DNA of 64,000 nucleotides from Macrostomum hystrix (Eukaryota; Animalia; Platyhelminthes): positions 1,488,001-1,552,000 of the forward strand of contig CATNEN010000008.1 of the NCBI GenBank assembly GCA_950097015.1. The letters are read 5' to 3'. The notes under the pieces are model-generated. The model worked only from the letters and a program-made list of their open reading frames with translations. It did no database searches and had not been told where the DNA came from. Positions 50,001 to 62,162 of the stretch are shown piece by piece (position 1 is the first letter of the stretch; each line of letters begins with the position of its first letter). The translations under genes were made by a program, and so were the position numbers.

Positions 50001-53000
50001 ATTTTGGAAAGTATGAGGAGTTTGGGAAAGTATGGGGATTTCGGGAAAGTATGGGAAGTTTGGGAAAGTATGGGAAGTTTGGGAAAGTATGGGAAGTTTG
50101 GGAAAGTATGGGAAGTTTGGGAAAGTATGGGGAGTTTGGGAAAGTATGGGAAGTTTGGGAAAGTATGGGGATTTTGGGAAAGTATGAGGAGTTTGGGAAA
50201 GTATGGGGATTTTGGGAAAGTATGGGAAGTTTGGGAAAGTATAGTGAGTTTGGGAAAGTATAATATATGGTGAGTTTTGGAAAGTATGGGGAGTTTGGGA
50301 AAGTATATGGTGAGTTTGGGAAAGTATGGGGAGTTTGGGAAAGTATATGGTGAGTTTTGGAAAGTATGGGGATTTTGGGAAAGTATGGGAATTTTGGGAG
50401 AGTATGGGAAGTTTGGAAAAGTATGGGGAGTTTGGGAAAGTATAGGGATTTTGGAAAGTATAGGGACTTTGGGAAAGTATAGTGAGTTTGGGAAAGTATG
50501 GTGAGTTTTGGAAAGTATGTGGATTTCGGGAAAGTATGGGAATTTTGGAAAAGTATGGGAAGTTTGGGAGAGTATGAGGAGTTTGGGAAAGTATGGGGAT
50601 TTTGGGAAAGTATGGGAAGTTTGGGAGAGTATGGGAAGTTTGGGAAAGTATGGGAAGTTTGGGAAATTATGGGAAGTTTGGGAAAGTATAGTGAGTTTGG
50701 GAAAGTATGGTGAGTTTTGGAAAGTATAGGGACTTTGGGAAAGTATGGGAAGTTTGGGAGAGTATGGGAAGTTTGGGAAAGTATGGGGATTTTGGGAAAG
50801 TATGGGAAGTTTGGGAGAGTATGGGAAGTTTGGGAAAGTATGGGAAGTTTGGGAAATTATGGGAAGTTTGGGAAAGTATAGTGAGTTTGGGAAAGTATGG
50901 TGAGTTTTGGAAAGTATGGGGATTTTGGGAAAGTATGGGAAGTTTGGGAGAGTATGGGAAGTTTGGGAAAGTATGGGAAGTTTGGGAAAGTATGGGAAGT
51001 TTGGGAAAGTATAGTGAGTTTGGGAAAGTATGGTGAGTTTTGGAAAGTATGGGGATTTTGGGAAAGTATGGGAAGTTTGGGAGAGTATGGGAAGTTTTGG
51101 AAAGTATGGGGATTTTGGGAAAGTATGGGAAGTTTGGGAGAGTATGGGAAGTTTGGGAAAGTATAGGGATTTTGGGAAAGTATGGGAAGTTTGGGAGAGT
51201 ATGGGAAGTTTGGGAGAGTATGGGAAGTTTGGGAAAATATGGGGAGTTTGTGAAAGTATGGGAAGTTTGGGAAAGTATGGGAAGTTTGGGAAAGTATGGG
51301 AAGTTTGGGAAAGTATGGGAAGTTAGTGAGAGTATGGGAAGCATGCCACTGACTTGACTCATGGAAATGCGAGTTAGTGCTTTAAAAGTGTTGTCTATGG
51401 GCAGAGTTTATTCTTACTGACGGAGTCTCTACTCAGTCAGAGTATTTTTTCAGATGCGAGCACTTTATCTTAAGACATTTTTGTTGAGCAGTTGCTCATG
51501 AGACAGCACTAGCTTTATTCTAACTGAATTGAGACTTTGGCCATGTAACTATTTAACATAACGGGCTACCTTAGCTTAAAATATTACTAAGTCTTCGTGG
51601 CTAGTCTTAAACGAGATTTTAAAAAACCCCCCCGAAAAATTTCTAGGAACTGAGGAAGAGAACTTAGGACACAGGTGGCAAGATGCAGCACTAGAACCTG
51701 CTTCCCATTTTCAACCTTTCAATCCCAGTCAAGTACTTGGTTTCGACAATTTTCCCTATAGCTATGTCTTTCCGTACAGGATTTTCACATCAGCATGTCT
51801 TCAATAATCATAAAAGCGTTAATCCAATAAATGTTGCAATTCCTTCAAGAAATTTGTGACAACTTAATTTCATGATTGCCTCTTCAGAAATTAATTGATT
51901 ATGTGAAATCCGACCTTTGAAGACATGACCAATGAGCTCAGATTTTCCCATTTTTGCTTCTGCGCCTTGAAATTCGAATCAGCCGTTCAGCCATTCCCAT
52001 CTGTTTCCGTCTGTGATTTCAGTCCTGTGTGTCTGTCAGTTCAGGGTGTCTGTCAGTTCAGGGTGTCTGTCAGTTCTGGGTGTCTGTCAGTTCAGGGTGT
52101 CTGTCAGTTCTGGGTGTCTGTCAGTTCAGGGTGTCTGTCAGTTCAGGGTGTCTGTCAGTTCAGGGTGTCTGTCAGTTCAGGGTGTCTGTCAGTTCAGGGT
52201 GTCTGTCAGTTGTGGGTGTCTGTCAGTTCAGGGTGTCTGTCAGTTCAGGGTGTCTGTCAGTTCAGGTGTCTGTTAGTTCAGGGTGTCTGTCAGCTCAGGG
52301 TGTCTGTCAGTTCAGGGTGTCTGTTAGTTCAGGGTGTCTGTCAGTTCAGGGTGTCTGTCAGTTCAGGGTGTCTGTCAGTTCTGTGTCTGTCAGTTCAGGG
52401 TGTCTGTCAGTTCAGGGTGTCTGTCATTTCTGTGTCTGTCAGTTCAGGGTGTCTGTCAGTTCATGGTGTCTGTCAGTTCAGGGTGTCTGTCAGTTCAGGG
52501 TGTCTGTCAGTTCAGGGTGTCTGTCAGTTCAGGGTGTCTGTCAGTTCAGGGTGTCTGTCAGTTCTGTGTCTGTCAGTTCAGGGTGTCTGTAATTTAATGA
52601 ACATATAAAAGAGTCACTCAGGAAGCAACAATCGAACCCACAGGTGGACGCGCGCACCGGAGTCCCGGTGGAGTCCTACCTGTTTCTCGTGCCAGAAAAT
52701 GTCGAGCCCGGCAAAGGCAGCTCCGATTTCGGCCGAGTCCGAGCCGTGGACCCGGACCAGCCGGACGGCGGCTCGGTCCGCTACAGCCTGCAGCCTGGCC
52801 GCGACGCGCACGCCTTCGCCATCAACGCCTACAGGGGCCAGTTGAGCGCGCGACTGCCGCTGGATCGCGAGCGACAAGCTGCCTACGACATCCGGGTGCT
52901 GGCCGTGGACCGAGCCCTGCCATCGGCGAGTCCATACGGCGGCGGGCCGTTGGTGCAGCACACCGCCACAGTTGATGTCCGCATACAAGTCATCGACGCC

Positions 53001-53597
53001 AACGACTGTGCGCCGGTCATCCAGTTCCCGACGCCATCGACATTCTCGGGAGCGTCAGCTGGGAGTAACGATAGTGCTGCTGCCTTCTTTGTCTCCTATC
53101 TGGAGCGGGCTGGTCAGACTGTTTTGCAGGTTCGAGCCTCTGACGCTGACGAGGGCGCGAACGGACGGCTGAGATTTGAGCTGCTGCCGACAACTCTCGA
53201 TCATGGCCGACAGCTCTTCTCTGTGGACTCGGCGGACGGCCGGATCATGGTGCGTGACCTTCCTTCCTTCCTTCCTTCCTTCCTTCCTTCCTTCCTTCCT
53301 TCCTTCCTTCCTTCCTTCCTTCCTTCCTTCCTGCCTTCCTTCCTTCCTTCCTTCCTTCCTTCCTTCCTTCCTTCCTTCCTTCCTTCCTTCCTTCCTTCCT
53401 TCCTTCCTGCCTTCCTTCCTTCCTTCCTTCCTTCCTTCCTGCCTTCCTTCCTTCCTTCCTGCCTTCCTTCCTTCCTTCCTGCCTTCCTTCCTTCCTTCCT
53501 TCCTTCCTTCCTTCCTTCCTTCCTTCCTTCCTTCCTTCCTTCCTTCCTTCCTTCCTTCCTTCCTTCCTTCCTTCCTTCCTTCCTTCCTTCCTTCCTT

Positions 53598-53629
<32 letters not shown>

Positions 53630-56600
53630 CCTTCCTGCCTTCCTTCCTTCCTTCCTTCCTTCCTTCCTTCCTTCCTTCCTGCCTTCCTTCCTTCCTTCCT
53701 TCCTTCCTTCCTTCCTTCCTTCCTTCCTTCCTTCCTTCCTTCCTTCCTTCCTTCCTGCCTTCCTTCCTTCCTTCCTTCCTTCCTTCCTGCCTTCCTTCCT
53801 TCCTTCCTGCCTTCCTTCCTTCCTTCCTGCCTTCCTTCCTTCCTTCCTTGTATGCGTGAAAATAGTAGCACAATACTTTGGTTTTAATTCCAAGAGAAGC
53901 AAAAACAGAACGCAAAATCGTGAAATTCAAGCCGTACACGCCTGAGCCCTCCAACTTGCTGCTCGTGCAAATTCAGCAATGCTTAGCGAGCAGGTCTTCC
54001 CTATCCAGGGGCTTCAGGCGCGTGCACAGATTTTTTACTTCGGTCAAAAGGGGAGTTCTAAAGCTTCGCCACCCCCCTTGGCGAAGACCAAAGTTGGCTG
54101 TCTCTCGCATTGAACCACCCCCACTTGCCTTCAAATGTGAGGATTTCTCTCTTTGACAAAACTGTCCCTGTTCCTCACTCCCTTAGGAAATTTCGCTTTG
54201 CTAAGTAATTATTGCCCGTATGGCGGCGAATTTCTGCTTTAAATTCTTGAAATTTGCTTCTTGGAGAACTTTTGCCTGCATATTATCGGCACCTAGTAGG
54301 ATTTCTAGGTGGAAAAGGAACTATTTCCTTGTACGAGCTAATACTGGTCAAATTTGTATGAGTTTAAAGAACAAGTCAAATGAGAATAACTAGTGGAAAA
54401 AGGTTTTGTCAACGATTGGATTCTTATTGAACATATCTCTGCACTCCCTACACAAAAAAGTGCTCTAAATCGCTACGAAATCTTCTGCACCATTTCAATT
54501 AGCGACTGCGCCACTCGGAGAATTAAAAAAAGCAAAAATCAATCACCCCTAAATCTATTAAACTTTGCCCACCCCAAACTCCGCCAACCCCAAACTCCGT
54601 CAACCCCAAACTCCGCCAACCCCCAAACTCCGCCAACCCCCAACTCCGCCAACCCCCAAACTCCGCCAACCCCCAACTCCGCCAACCCCCAAACTCCGCC
54701 AACCCCAAACCCCGGCAACCCCAAACTCCGCCAACCCCCAACTCCGACAACCCCCAACTCCGACAACCCCCAACTCCGACAACCCCCAACTCCGCTAACC
54801 CTCAAACTCCGCCAACCCCAAACCCCGGCAACCCCCAACTCTGCCAACCCCCAAAACTGCGCCAACCCCCCAAACTCCGCCAACCCCAAACCCCGGCAAC
54901 CCCCAACTCCGCCAACTCCAAACTCCGCCAACCCCAACTTAAAAAAACCCAAAAAAATCCACTCACCCTAAGCTAAACCAAACCCCAAAATCCGTCAAAT
55001 GCGTTTGAAACCTAAACCTGAATCTGAACACGAATTCTCCAATTCCTATTTATTGTCAGGTACTGAAAAGTCTAAATATTTACTAACTTTGTGTGTAGAC
55101 ATTCTTCAAGCTTTTAACACAGAAACCTTCGGACGAAAGGAAGTTAAAAGAATATTCGATAAAAAATCCATAAGTCATTTGTCTTTGCCACCCTACTCTG
55201 AGTGACTAGCCGAGGGTAACCAACGGAAAAAGCTGATTAAAATTCGTAGGTAGACTGCAGTCCCACAAATTCAGATGAGCTAGAAGTGTCAGGTGCTAAC
55301 TAGAGATGCTTATAAACTTTGTGACGGACGCAGTAAATACGGATTAAATGCAATTAAGGCATATTACAAGGTGTCGAAGAGAGAAAGCTTCAAGAAGCTA
55401 TTTTAAATAGCTTCTACTTCCCTAACTTTTAGAATTCAGAATTTAATTTTTTATGAAAGCCAATTCGTTAAAGCGGCGAACAGGGAAATTCTCTGTTAAA
55501 ATTTTTTATCCTTTAAGCTTTTGTAAGCTGAATGCCAATAATCTCAGGGTCGCATAATATTTAGAGGGATATTGTGGGATGGTCAGCGGGCCCTTATCCC
55601 CAGTCCATTATCCCCAGTGAATAGAATTTTTTTATTTTGTATCAACATAAACACCTACGTTTTCAGCAGTCAAGAACAAGTCTCTAAGACAGCTTTCACT
55701 GAATATTAGGCCCCTTAGCGAAAACTTTTTCTATACATATCGACTGATTTTGGATTTTCGTAATCTTTACCAAACCTTTGAATGGTCTTTTAGCTAGTCT
55801 TAGAGCCACTAATATAATCTAGTAGATTCTAGTCTAATCTAGGAGATTCCAGTCTAATCTAGGAGATTCTAGTCTAATCTAGGAGCCTCCAGTCTAATCT
55901 AGGAGATTCCAGTCTGATCTAGGAGATTCTGGTCTAATCTAGGAGATTCCAGTCTGATCTAGGAGATTCTAGTCTAATCTAGGAGCTTCCAGTCTGATCT
56001 AGTAGCTTCTAGTCTGATCTAGAAGCTTCCAGTCTGATCTAGGAGCTTCCAGTCTGATCTAGGAGCTTCCAGTCTGATCTAGGAGCTTCCAGTCTGATCA
56101 AGGAGCTTCCAGTCTGATCAAGGAGCTTCCAGTCTGATCTAGGAGCTTCCAGTCTGATCTAGTAGCTTCTAGTCTGATCTAGGAGCTTCTAGTCTGATCT
56201 AGGAGCTTCCAGTCTAATCTAGGAGCTTCCAGTCTGATCTAGGAGCTTCCAGTCTGATCTAGGAGCTTCCAGTCTGATCTAGGAGATTCTAGTCTGATCT
56301 AGGAGATTCTAGTCTGATCTAGGAGATTCTAGTCTGATCTAGGAGCTTCCAGTCTAATCTAGGAAATTCTAGTCTAATCTAGGAGATTCTAGTCTAATCT
56401 AGGAGATTCTAGTCTAATCTAGGAGATTCTAGTCTAATCTAGGAGCTTCCAGTCTGATCAAGGAGCTTCCAGTCTGATCTAGGAGCTTCCAGTCTGATCT
56501 AGGAGCTTCCAGTCTAATCTAGGAGATTCTAGTCTGATCTAGGAGCTTCCAGTCTGATCTAGGAGCTTCCAGTCTGATCTAGGAGCTTCCAGTCTGATCT

Positions 56601-59600
56601 AGGAGCTTCCAGTCTGATCTAGGAAATTCTAGTCTAATCTAGGAGATTCTAGTCTAATCTAGGAGATTCTAGTCTAATCTAGGAGATTCTAGTCTAATCT
56701 AGGAGATTCTAGTCTAATCTAGGAGATTCTAGTCTGATCTAGGAGATTCTAGTCTGATCTAGGAGCTTCCAGTCTAATCTAGGAAATTCTAGTCTAATCT
56801 AGGAGATTCTAGTCTAATCTAGGAGATTCTAGTCTAATCTAGGAGATTCTAGTCTAATCTAGGAGCTTCTAGTCTGATCTAGGAGCTTCCAGTCTGATCA
56901 AGGAGCTTCCAGTCTGATCTAGGAGCTTCCAGTCTGATCTAGGAGCTTCCAGTCTAATCTAGGAGATTCTAGTCTGATCTAGGAGCTTCCAGTCTGATCT
57001 AGGAGCTTCCAGTCTGATCTAGGAGCTTCCAGTCTGATCTAGGAGCTTCCAGTCTGATCTAGGAAATTCTAGTCTAATCTAGGAGATTCTAGTCTAATCT
57101 AGGAGATTCTAGTCTAATCTAGGAGATTCTAGTCTAATCTAGGAGATTCTAGTCTAATCTAGGAGATTCTAGTCTGATCTAGGAGATTCTAGTCTAATCT
57201 AGGAGATTCTAGTCTAATTCTATTCTATTCTAGTGAGATTCTAGTCTAATCTAGGAGATTCTGGTCTAATCTAGGAGATTCTAGTCTAATCTAGGAGATT
57301 CTAGTATAATCTAGGAGATTCTACGGAGATTCTAGTCTAATCTAGGAGATTCTACGGAGATTCTAGTCTAATCTAGGAGATTCTACGGAGATTCTAGTCT
57401 AATCTAGGAGATTCTACGGAGATTCTAGTCTAATCTAGGAGATTCTACGGAGATTCTAGTCTAATCTAGGAGATTCTACGGAGATTCTAGTCTAATCTAG
57501 GAGATTCTACGGAGATTCTAGTCTAATCTAGGAGATTCTAGTCTAATCTAGGAGATTCTACGGAGATTCTAGTCTAATCTAGGAGATTCTACGGAGATTC
57601 TAGTCTAATCTAGGAGATTCTAGTCTAATCTAGGAGATTCTACGGAGATTCTAGTCTAATCTAGGAGATTCTACGGAGATTCTAGTCTAATCTAGGAGAT
57701 TCTACGGAGATTCTAGTCTAATCTAGGAGATTCTACGGAGATTCTAGTCTAATCTAGGAGATTCTACGGAGATTCTAGTCTAATCTAGGAGATTCTAGTC
57801 TAATCTTTTAGATTCTGATCCTGGAGTTGCTAGTTAAGCTCAATCGACCCCACCAAACCAAACCCCAGATAACCAAAGCAATGTCCGAATCGGATGTTGG
57901 CCAGCTGCACCGCCTCCGGATTCGAGTCTGGGACTGCGGTCAACCGCCGCTGTCCACCGACACAGAGGTTCGTCTTCGCATCGATCGTTCCCAACCGCGC
58001 GTACATCACAACCAACAGCAGCAGCAACAGCCGCAGCCAGATGGCACAGTGTTGGACAGATCAGCTGACTATCCGGTTGATGGCGCAATCAACGGAGACC
58101 CGGCGACATCGTCCAGACGCAACGGCGCCAGCGGCGGCGGTCGCGGCGGCTCTTCCTCCGTCGCCGTGTTGTCTGGTGCCGGTAGTCTGGTTGTTGCCGC
58201 GGTCGCCGTTGCCTGCGCTCTCGTACTGCTGCTGCTTGTGCTGACTGTGTTCATGTGCCATCGACGCGGCCTCCTCTTCGTCACTGAAGACGTCGCCACG
58301 GATGCGGACGCCGCCGCTGTCACCGCCGTTACCGCCACTGCATCTGCCGGCGGCGGTGGCTCGGCGCATTTTGTTGCTCGCGGCGGAGTCGAGCCCTGGA
58401 AGATGGGCAGTCATCGAAGGCAGGACACGGCGGCGTCAAGGGCTTTCCTGTCCGGTCAGCCCCGAGGGAACGACACAGCGACGCGAGAAAAGGTGAGAAA
58501 TGCAATCAATTTCTATGAAGAAATTGCAGTTGTAATCGTCATATGACCCTACTGTCAGTAGCTACAGATGTTTACATTCTTGAGGTAAAATTATCTAAAA
58601 TTTTCAGTTCTTTCCTTCCGTGACGTCATCATTGGATCATTCGGCTGAGACTGCGCTGACCTTCGAGGACTATCTCACCTGCCAGAGGCGAGCGCGCGTT
58701 CGAGGTCCGGGACGAGGTAAAGAAACTGGCTGCGCAGTCAGTGATACTAATGACATTTTTTCCTTAAAATGGGAATGCGAAAAACAATAAAGACTATATT
58801 CTATTAAATTATTATTCATCAATAAACTCCGCCAACCCCCAAACTCCGCCAACCCCCAAACTCCACCAACCGCAAACTCCACCAACCCCAAACTCCGCCA
58901 ACCCCCAAACTCCACCAACCCCAAACTCCGCCAACCCCAAACTCCACCAACCCCAAACTCCGCCAAACTCAAACTGCTCCGCCAACCCCAAACTCCACCA
59001 ACCCCAAACTCCGCCAACCCCAAACTCCACCAACCCCAAACTCCGCCAACCCCAAACTCCGCCAACCCCAAACTCCGCCAACCCCAAACTCCGCCAAACT
59101 CAAACTGCTCCGCCAACCCCAAACTCCACCAACCCCAAACTCCGCCAACCCCAAACTCCGCCAACCCCAAACTCCGCCAACCCAAGCTCCACCAAACCCA
59201 AACTCCACCACCCCAAACTCCACCAACCCCAAACTCCGCCAAACTCAAACTGCTCCGCCAACCCCAAACTCCACCAACCCCAAACTCCGCCAACCCCAAA
59301 CTCCGCCAACCCCAAACTCCGCCAACCCCAAACTCCGCCAAACTCAAACTGCTCCGCCAACCCCAAACTCCACCAACCCCAAACTCCGCCAACCCCAAAC
59401 TCCGCCAACCCCAAACTCCGCCAACCCAAGCTCCACCAAACCCAAACTCCACCACCCCAAACTCCACCAACCCCAAACTCCGCCAAACTCAAACTGCTCC
59501 GCCAACCCCAAACTCCACCAACCCCAAACTCCGCCAACCCCAGCTCCAAAAATTCAAAGCATCTTATCTTAAACTGAATCTCCAAACTTAAACAATTTAT

Positions 59601-59883
59601 TTCTTTAACTCGATTGAAAATGCCGAAACACGCAGACATTGGCGGCGCCACAATGAGTCGAAGTCGTTCAGGTGGCGATGGCTACGAACCGGCGCTGCTT
59701 TCGTCGCCATCCCGAGGCGCCACAAATCGCGTGACCTCAACGGCTGTGTCCTCGGTGGCGGGGCCAGCCGATGGCGGTGGCGGAGCCTATTACGACTTGG
59801 AGCTGCAGCCGGGAGTGCTGTTTGACCGCACACTGAATCACCAGGGGCGGCTCTACAGTGTGCCAAAGGCCAGCTATGTATAG
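44029..59883 (+). CDS. Protocadherin with 7 cadherin repeats, delta1-like (1135 aa)
   Basis: Exons 44029-44621, 48386-49370, 49516-49758, 52644-53249, 57869-58492, 58608-58716, 59636-59883; 3408 nt, phases consistent. Signal peptide, repeated DRE / DxNDxxPxF / AxDxD calcium-binding motifs, TM LVVAAVAVACALVLLLLVLTVFM, C-terminus SVPKASYV*. The two cytoplasmic exons are less certain. Confidence 0.92.
46325..47530. repeat. Modular minisatellite of 10-bp words TCTCCCAGTC / TCTCCGAATC / CCTCCCAATC
   Basis: Protocadherin intron 1. Confidence 0.97.
48147..48371. repeat. Minisatellite, 14-bp unit GAAATCGGAAATCT
   Basis: Ends 14 nt before the acceptor at 48385. Confidence 0.97.
49938..51330. repeat. 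Minisatellite, 19-bp unit GGGAAAGTATGGGAAGTTT
   Basis: Protocadherin intron 3. Confidence 0.97.
52025..52589. repeat. Minisatellite, 17-bp unit GTCTGTCAGTTCAGGGT
   Basis: Protocadherin intron 3. Confidence 0.97.
53258..53848. repeat. (CCTT)n microsatellite
   Basis: Starts 8 nt after the donor at 53250. Confidence 0.98.
54568..54945. repeat. Minisatellite, ~16-bp unit AACTCCGCCAACCCCA (array 1)
   Basis: Same core as the arrays at 58823 and 60305. Confidence 0.93.
55820..57806. repeat. Minisatellite, 20-bp unit AGGAGATTCTAGTCTAATCT with variants
   Basis: About 2 kb; variant units AGGAGCTTCCAGTCTGATCT and a longer unit with inserted ACGGAGATTCT. Confidence 0.98.
58823..59545. repeat. Minisatellite, 16-bp unit AAACTCCGCCAACCCC (array 2)
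   Basis: Protocadherin last intron. Confidence 0.95.
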
Positions 59884-60304
59884 CATAAATCCATGAACTA
59901 GATCTAGCAAAATTCAGAATACGATAATTTTAAGCGCCGCTTTGACAGCTGTCAATATTATTTAAACGGCGGCTCGCATTCTCTGCCTGTACAGCTCTTA
60001 TCTCGGACATTTTCTTGTTAAGCCGGTAAAAAGGTTACGGTAAAGTGTGAATTTAAAAAAACTTTTATGAGCTCAGTGCAGCTTTTTTAAGTTAAAATGT
60101 ACCTATTCATTTATCAAGAACTTGTTTGACTTATTCTCAAAAGTAAACATAATATTTTGAATAACAAGTACTCCTAGTGGTTGCTAATAAATTCAAATAT
60201 TCTATTTTTTAGATAAGCATTGTCGACCCAAAATACTTAAACTATAAAACCTTAGACACCGCCATCCCAATCACCACCAACCCTGAACTCCACACAAAGT
60301 TAAA

Positions 60305-60610
60305 CAACCCTAACCTCGACCAACCCCAAACTACGCAAAGTCCCAGACTCCGCCAACCCCAAACTCCGCCAACCCCAGACTCCGCCAACCCCAAAGTCCG
60401 CCAACCCCAAACTCCGCCAACCCCAGACTCCGCCAACCCCAGACTCCGCCAACCTCAGACTCCGCCAACCCCAGACTGCGCCAACCCCAAACTCCGCCAA
60501 CCCCAGACTCCGCCAACCTCAGACTCCGCCAACCCCAGACTGCGCCAACCTAAAGTCAACCAACCATAACCTCCACCAACCCCAAAGTCCGCCAACCCCA
60601 AACTTCGCCC
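60305..60610. repeat. Minisatellite, 16-bp unit AGACTCCGCCAACCCC (array 3)
   Basis: Downstream of the protocadherin stop codon. Confidence 0.93.
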
Positions 60611-62162
60611 ACCCGCAAACGCATTTGAACAATTGTTATAGATTGAACGCGGAAATATTCTGATATGAGACAATGGACCATTTTTGAGCATTTGCGACAT
60701 ATTACTGATACTAATGCGTGCATTTTTATTTGCCCCATAATTTACTCGCGTTTTGGCTACAGTATTCAGTTATTATGTAGTTTAATATTAATAAAATAAT
60801 TTGCTTAAGTAAATTTTTAACTCGTTTATGAAGACTCAGACGTTGCCGTTGTCAGTTGTAAAGCAAAAGCATGGATTGATCTTGTAAATATTTAATATAA
60901 TGTTCTTAAAAATATGATAGCTAAAAACATTTATTTTTTTACGATCTGGAACAGAACGTTATGATTATTAACGAGAAAGTTCTTTTTGATCTAAAATAAT
61001 CGTGAGATTTTCCATAGACTTTCAAATCAATTATTTTTAGCTTTCTGTAGCACTACATCTATGCCCCAGTGCGAGTTCCTCTCGCTCTACCTCTCTCTTT
61101 CTCATTCTGCATCTCTCCTAATCACACTACCTCTCCCACCTGGCTTAGCAACGGGACTTGAGCCTATATCTTGCCTATCATTTACATCATTTGACCCAAG
61201 CAAAGCATTCTTTCGACACTGCAGCCGAAAAATTAATGGAGAGAGAGACAGACAGGGAGTTATCACACATCTATAGGCAACGGCCTCTGGGCTATGCAGT
61301 GTATTATAAACTGGTCAATAGCAGACACCTGGTAAAGCTTGAATTCATTGTGCACTTTATTTTTCTTCTTCTTCTCTCTCTCCCTCCCCCCTCTCGATCC
61401 GGCCCTGTTCCGGCCCAGCCGCTAAGCTAACAGTAGCCAGCCCCAAACACACACGCTCACTCTAGTGCTCATTTTTGCTTCTTATTTAATTATAGAGAAT
61501 ATAGTCAGTCTCATCTTTAAGCTTGCTAACCATCGCGACCTTAAGCTCTACCGCACTATTGTGCAGCCGAATATCCAACTATAAAATAACGCTACGCATT
61601 GTAGCCTGGCCTCTCTAAATTTGTTTGTCTGCTTGATTTTGTTCTTTTTTTCTTCTTTCTGCTTCAGGTGAGTTGAATTTTTTATCCAATTGTTTTCAGT
61701 TTTTAATAAAAAGTTTCTTTTGTTGCGTTTGAAATCAGGAATGGGATGAGACGAAGGAAAAAGAATATTTGGAAAATTGGAAATTTCAAACAATGAAGGA
61801 AAGTTTTTTCCTAAAAACAACACTCCACCGTACAAGCTACTCGCTGAGCTCATCACTCTGTTGGGAAAATTATTCACTAAAGGCACTTCACTTCAGTCGA
61901 TCTTGCAATAGACCCACTGGAGACAGGCAGTCAGACAGTCGTCCCTTCAGGTGCAAACCTACAGATAGGCCTCGCAAACTAACTTTGAAGATTACAGAGC
62001 CAGACAGATAAGAGGTGCTGAGAACGTACTGCGTAGCGTCACTTTATTTCAGACTTGACCTAAGCTGATTGGCCGAAAGTCCAATATAAAAATATACACC
62101 AAACCCTCTGCACCTCAGACAGTCTCTAACATACAGCCGTCAGTCAAGCCTGAGGCTCCACA

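Noticed and set aside
49938-53954. GKYGKF, VSVSSGCL and PSFL/GRKE ORFs
   Set aside because: Intronic repeats; the true protocadherin exon ends at the donor at 53250.
54063-54085. 8-bp-stem hairpin CTTCGCCA..TGGCGAAG, a possible Helitron end
   Set aside because: No CTRR terminus at the expected distance.
58640-58675. ALTFED as a WIRS motif in the protocadherin tail
   Set aside because: Lacks the bulky hydrophobic residue three positions before Phe.
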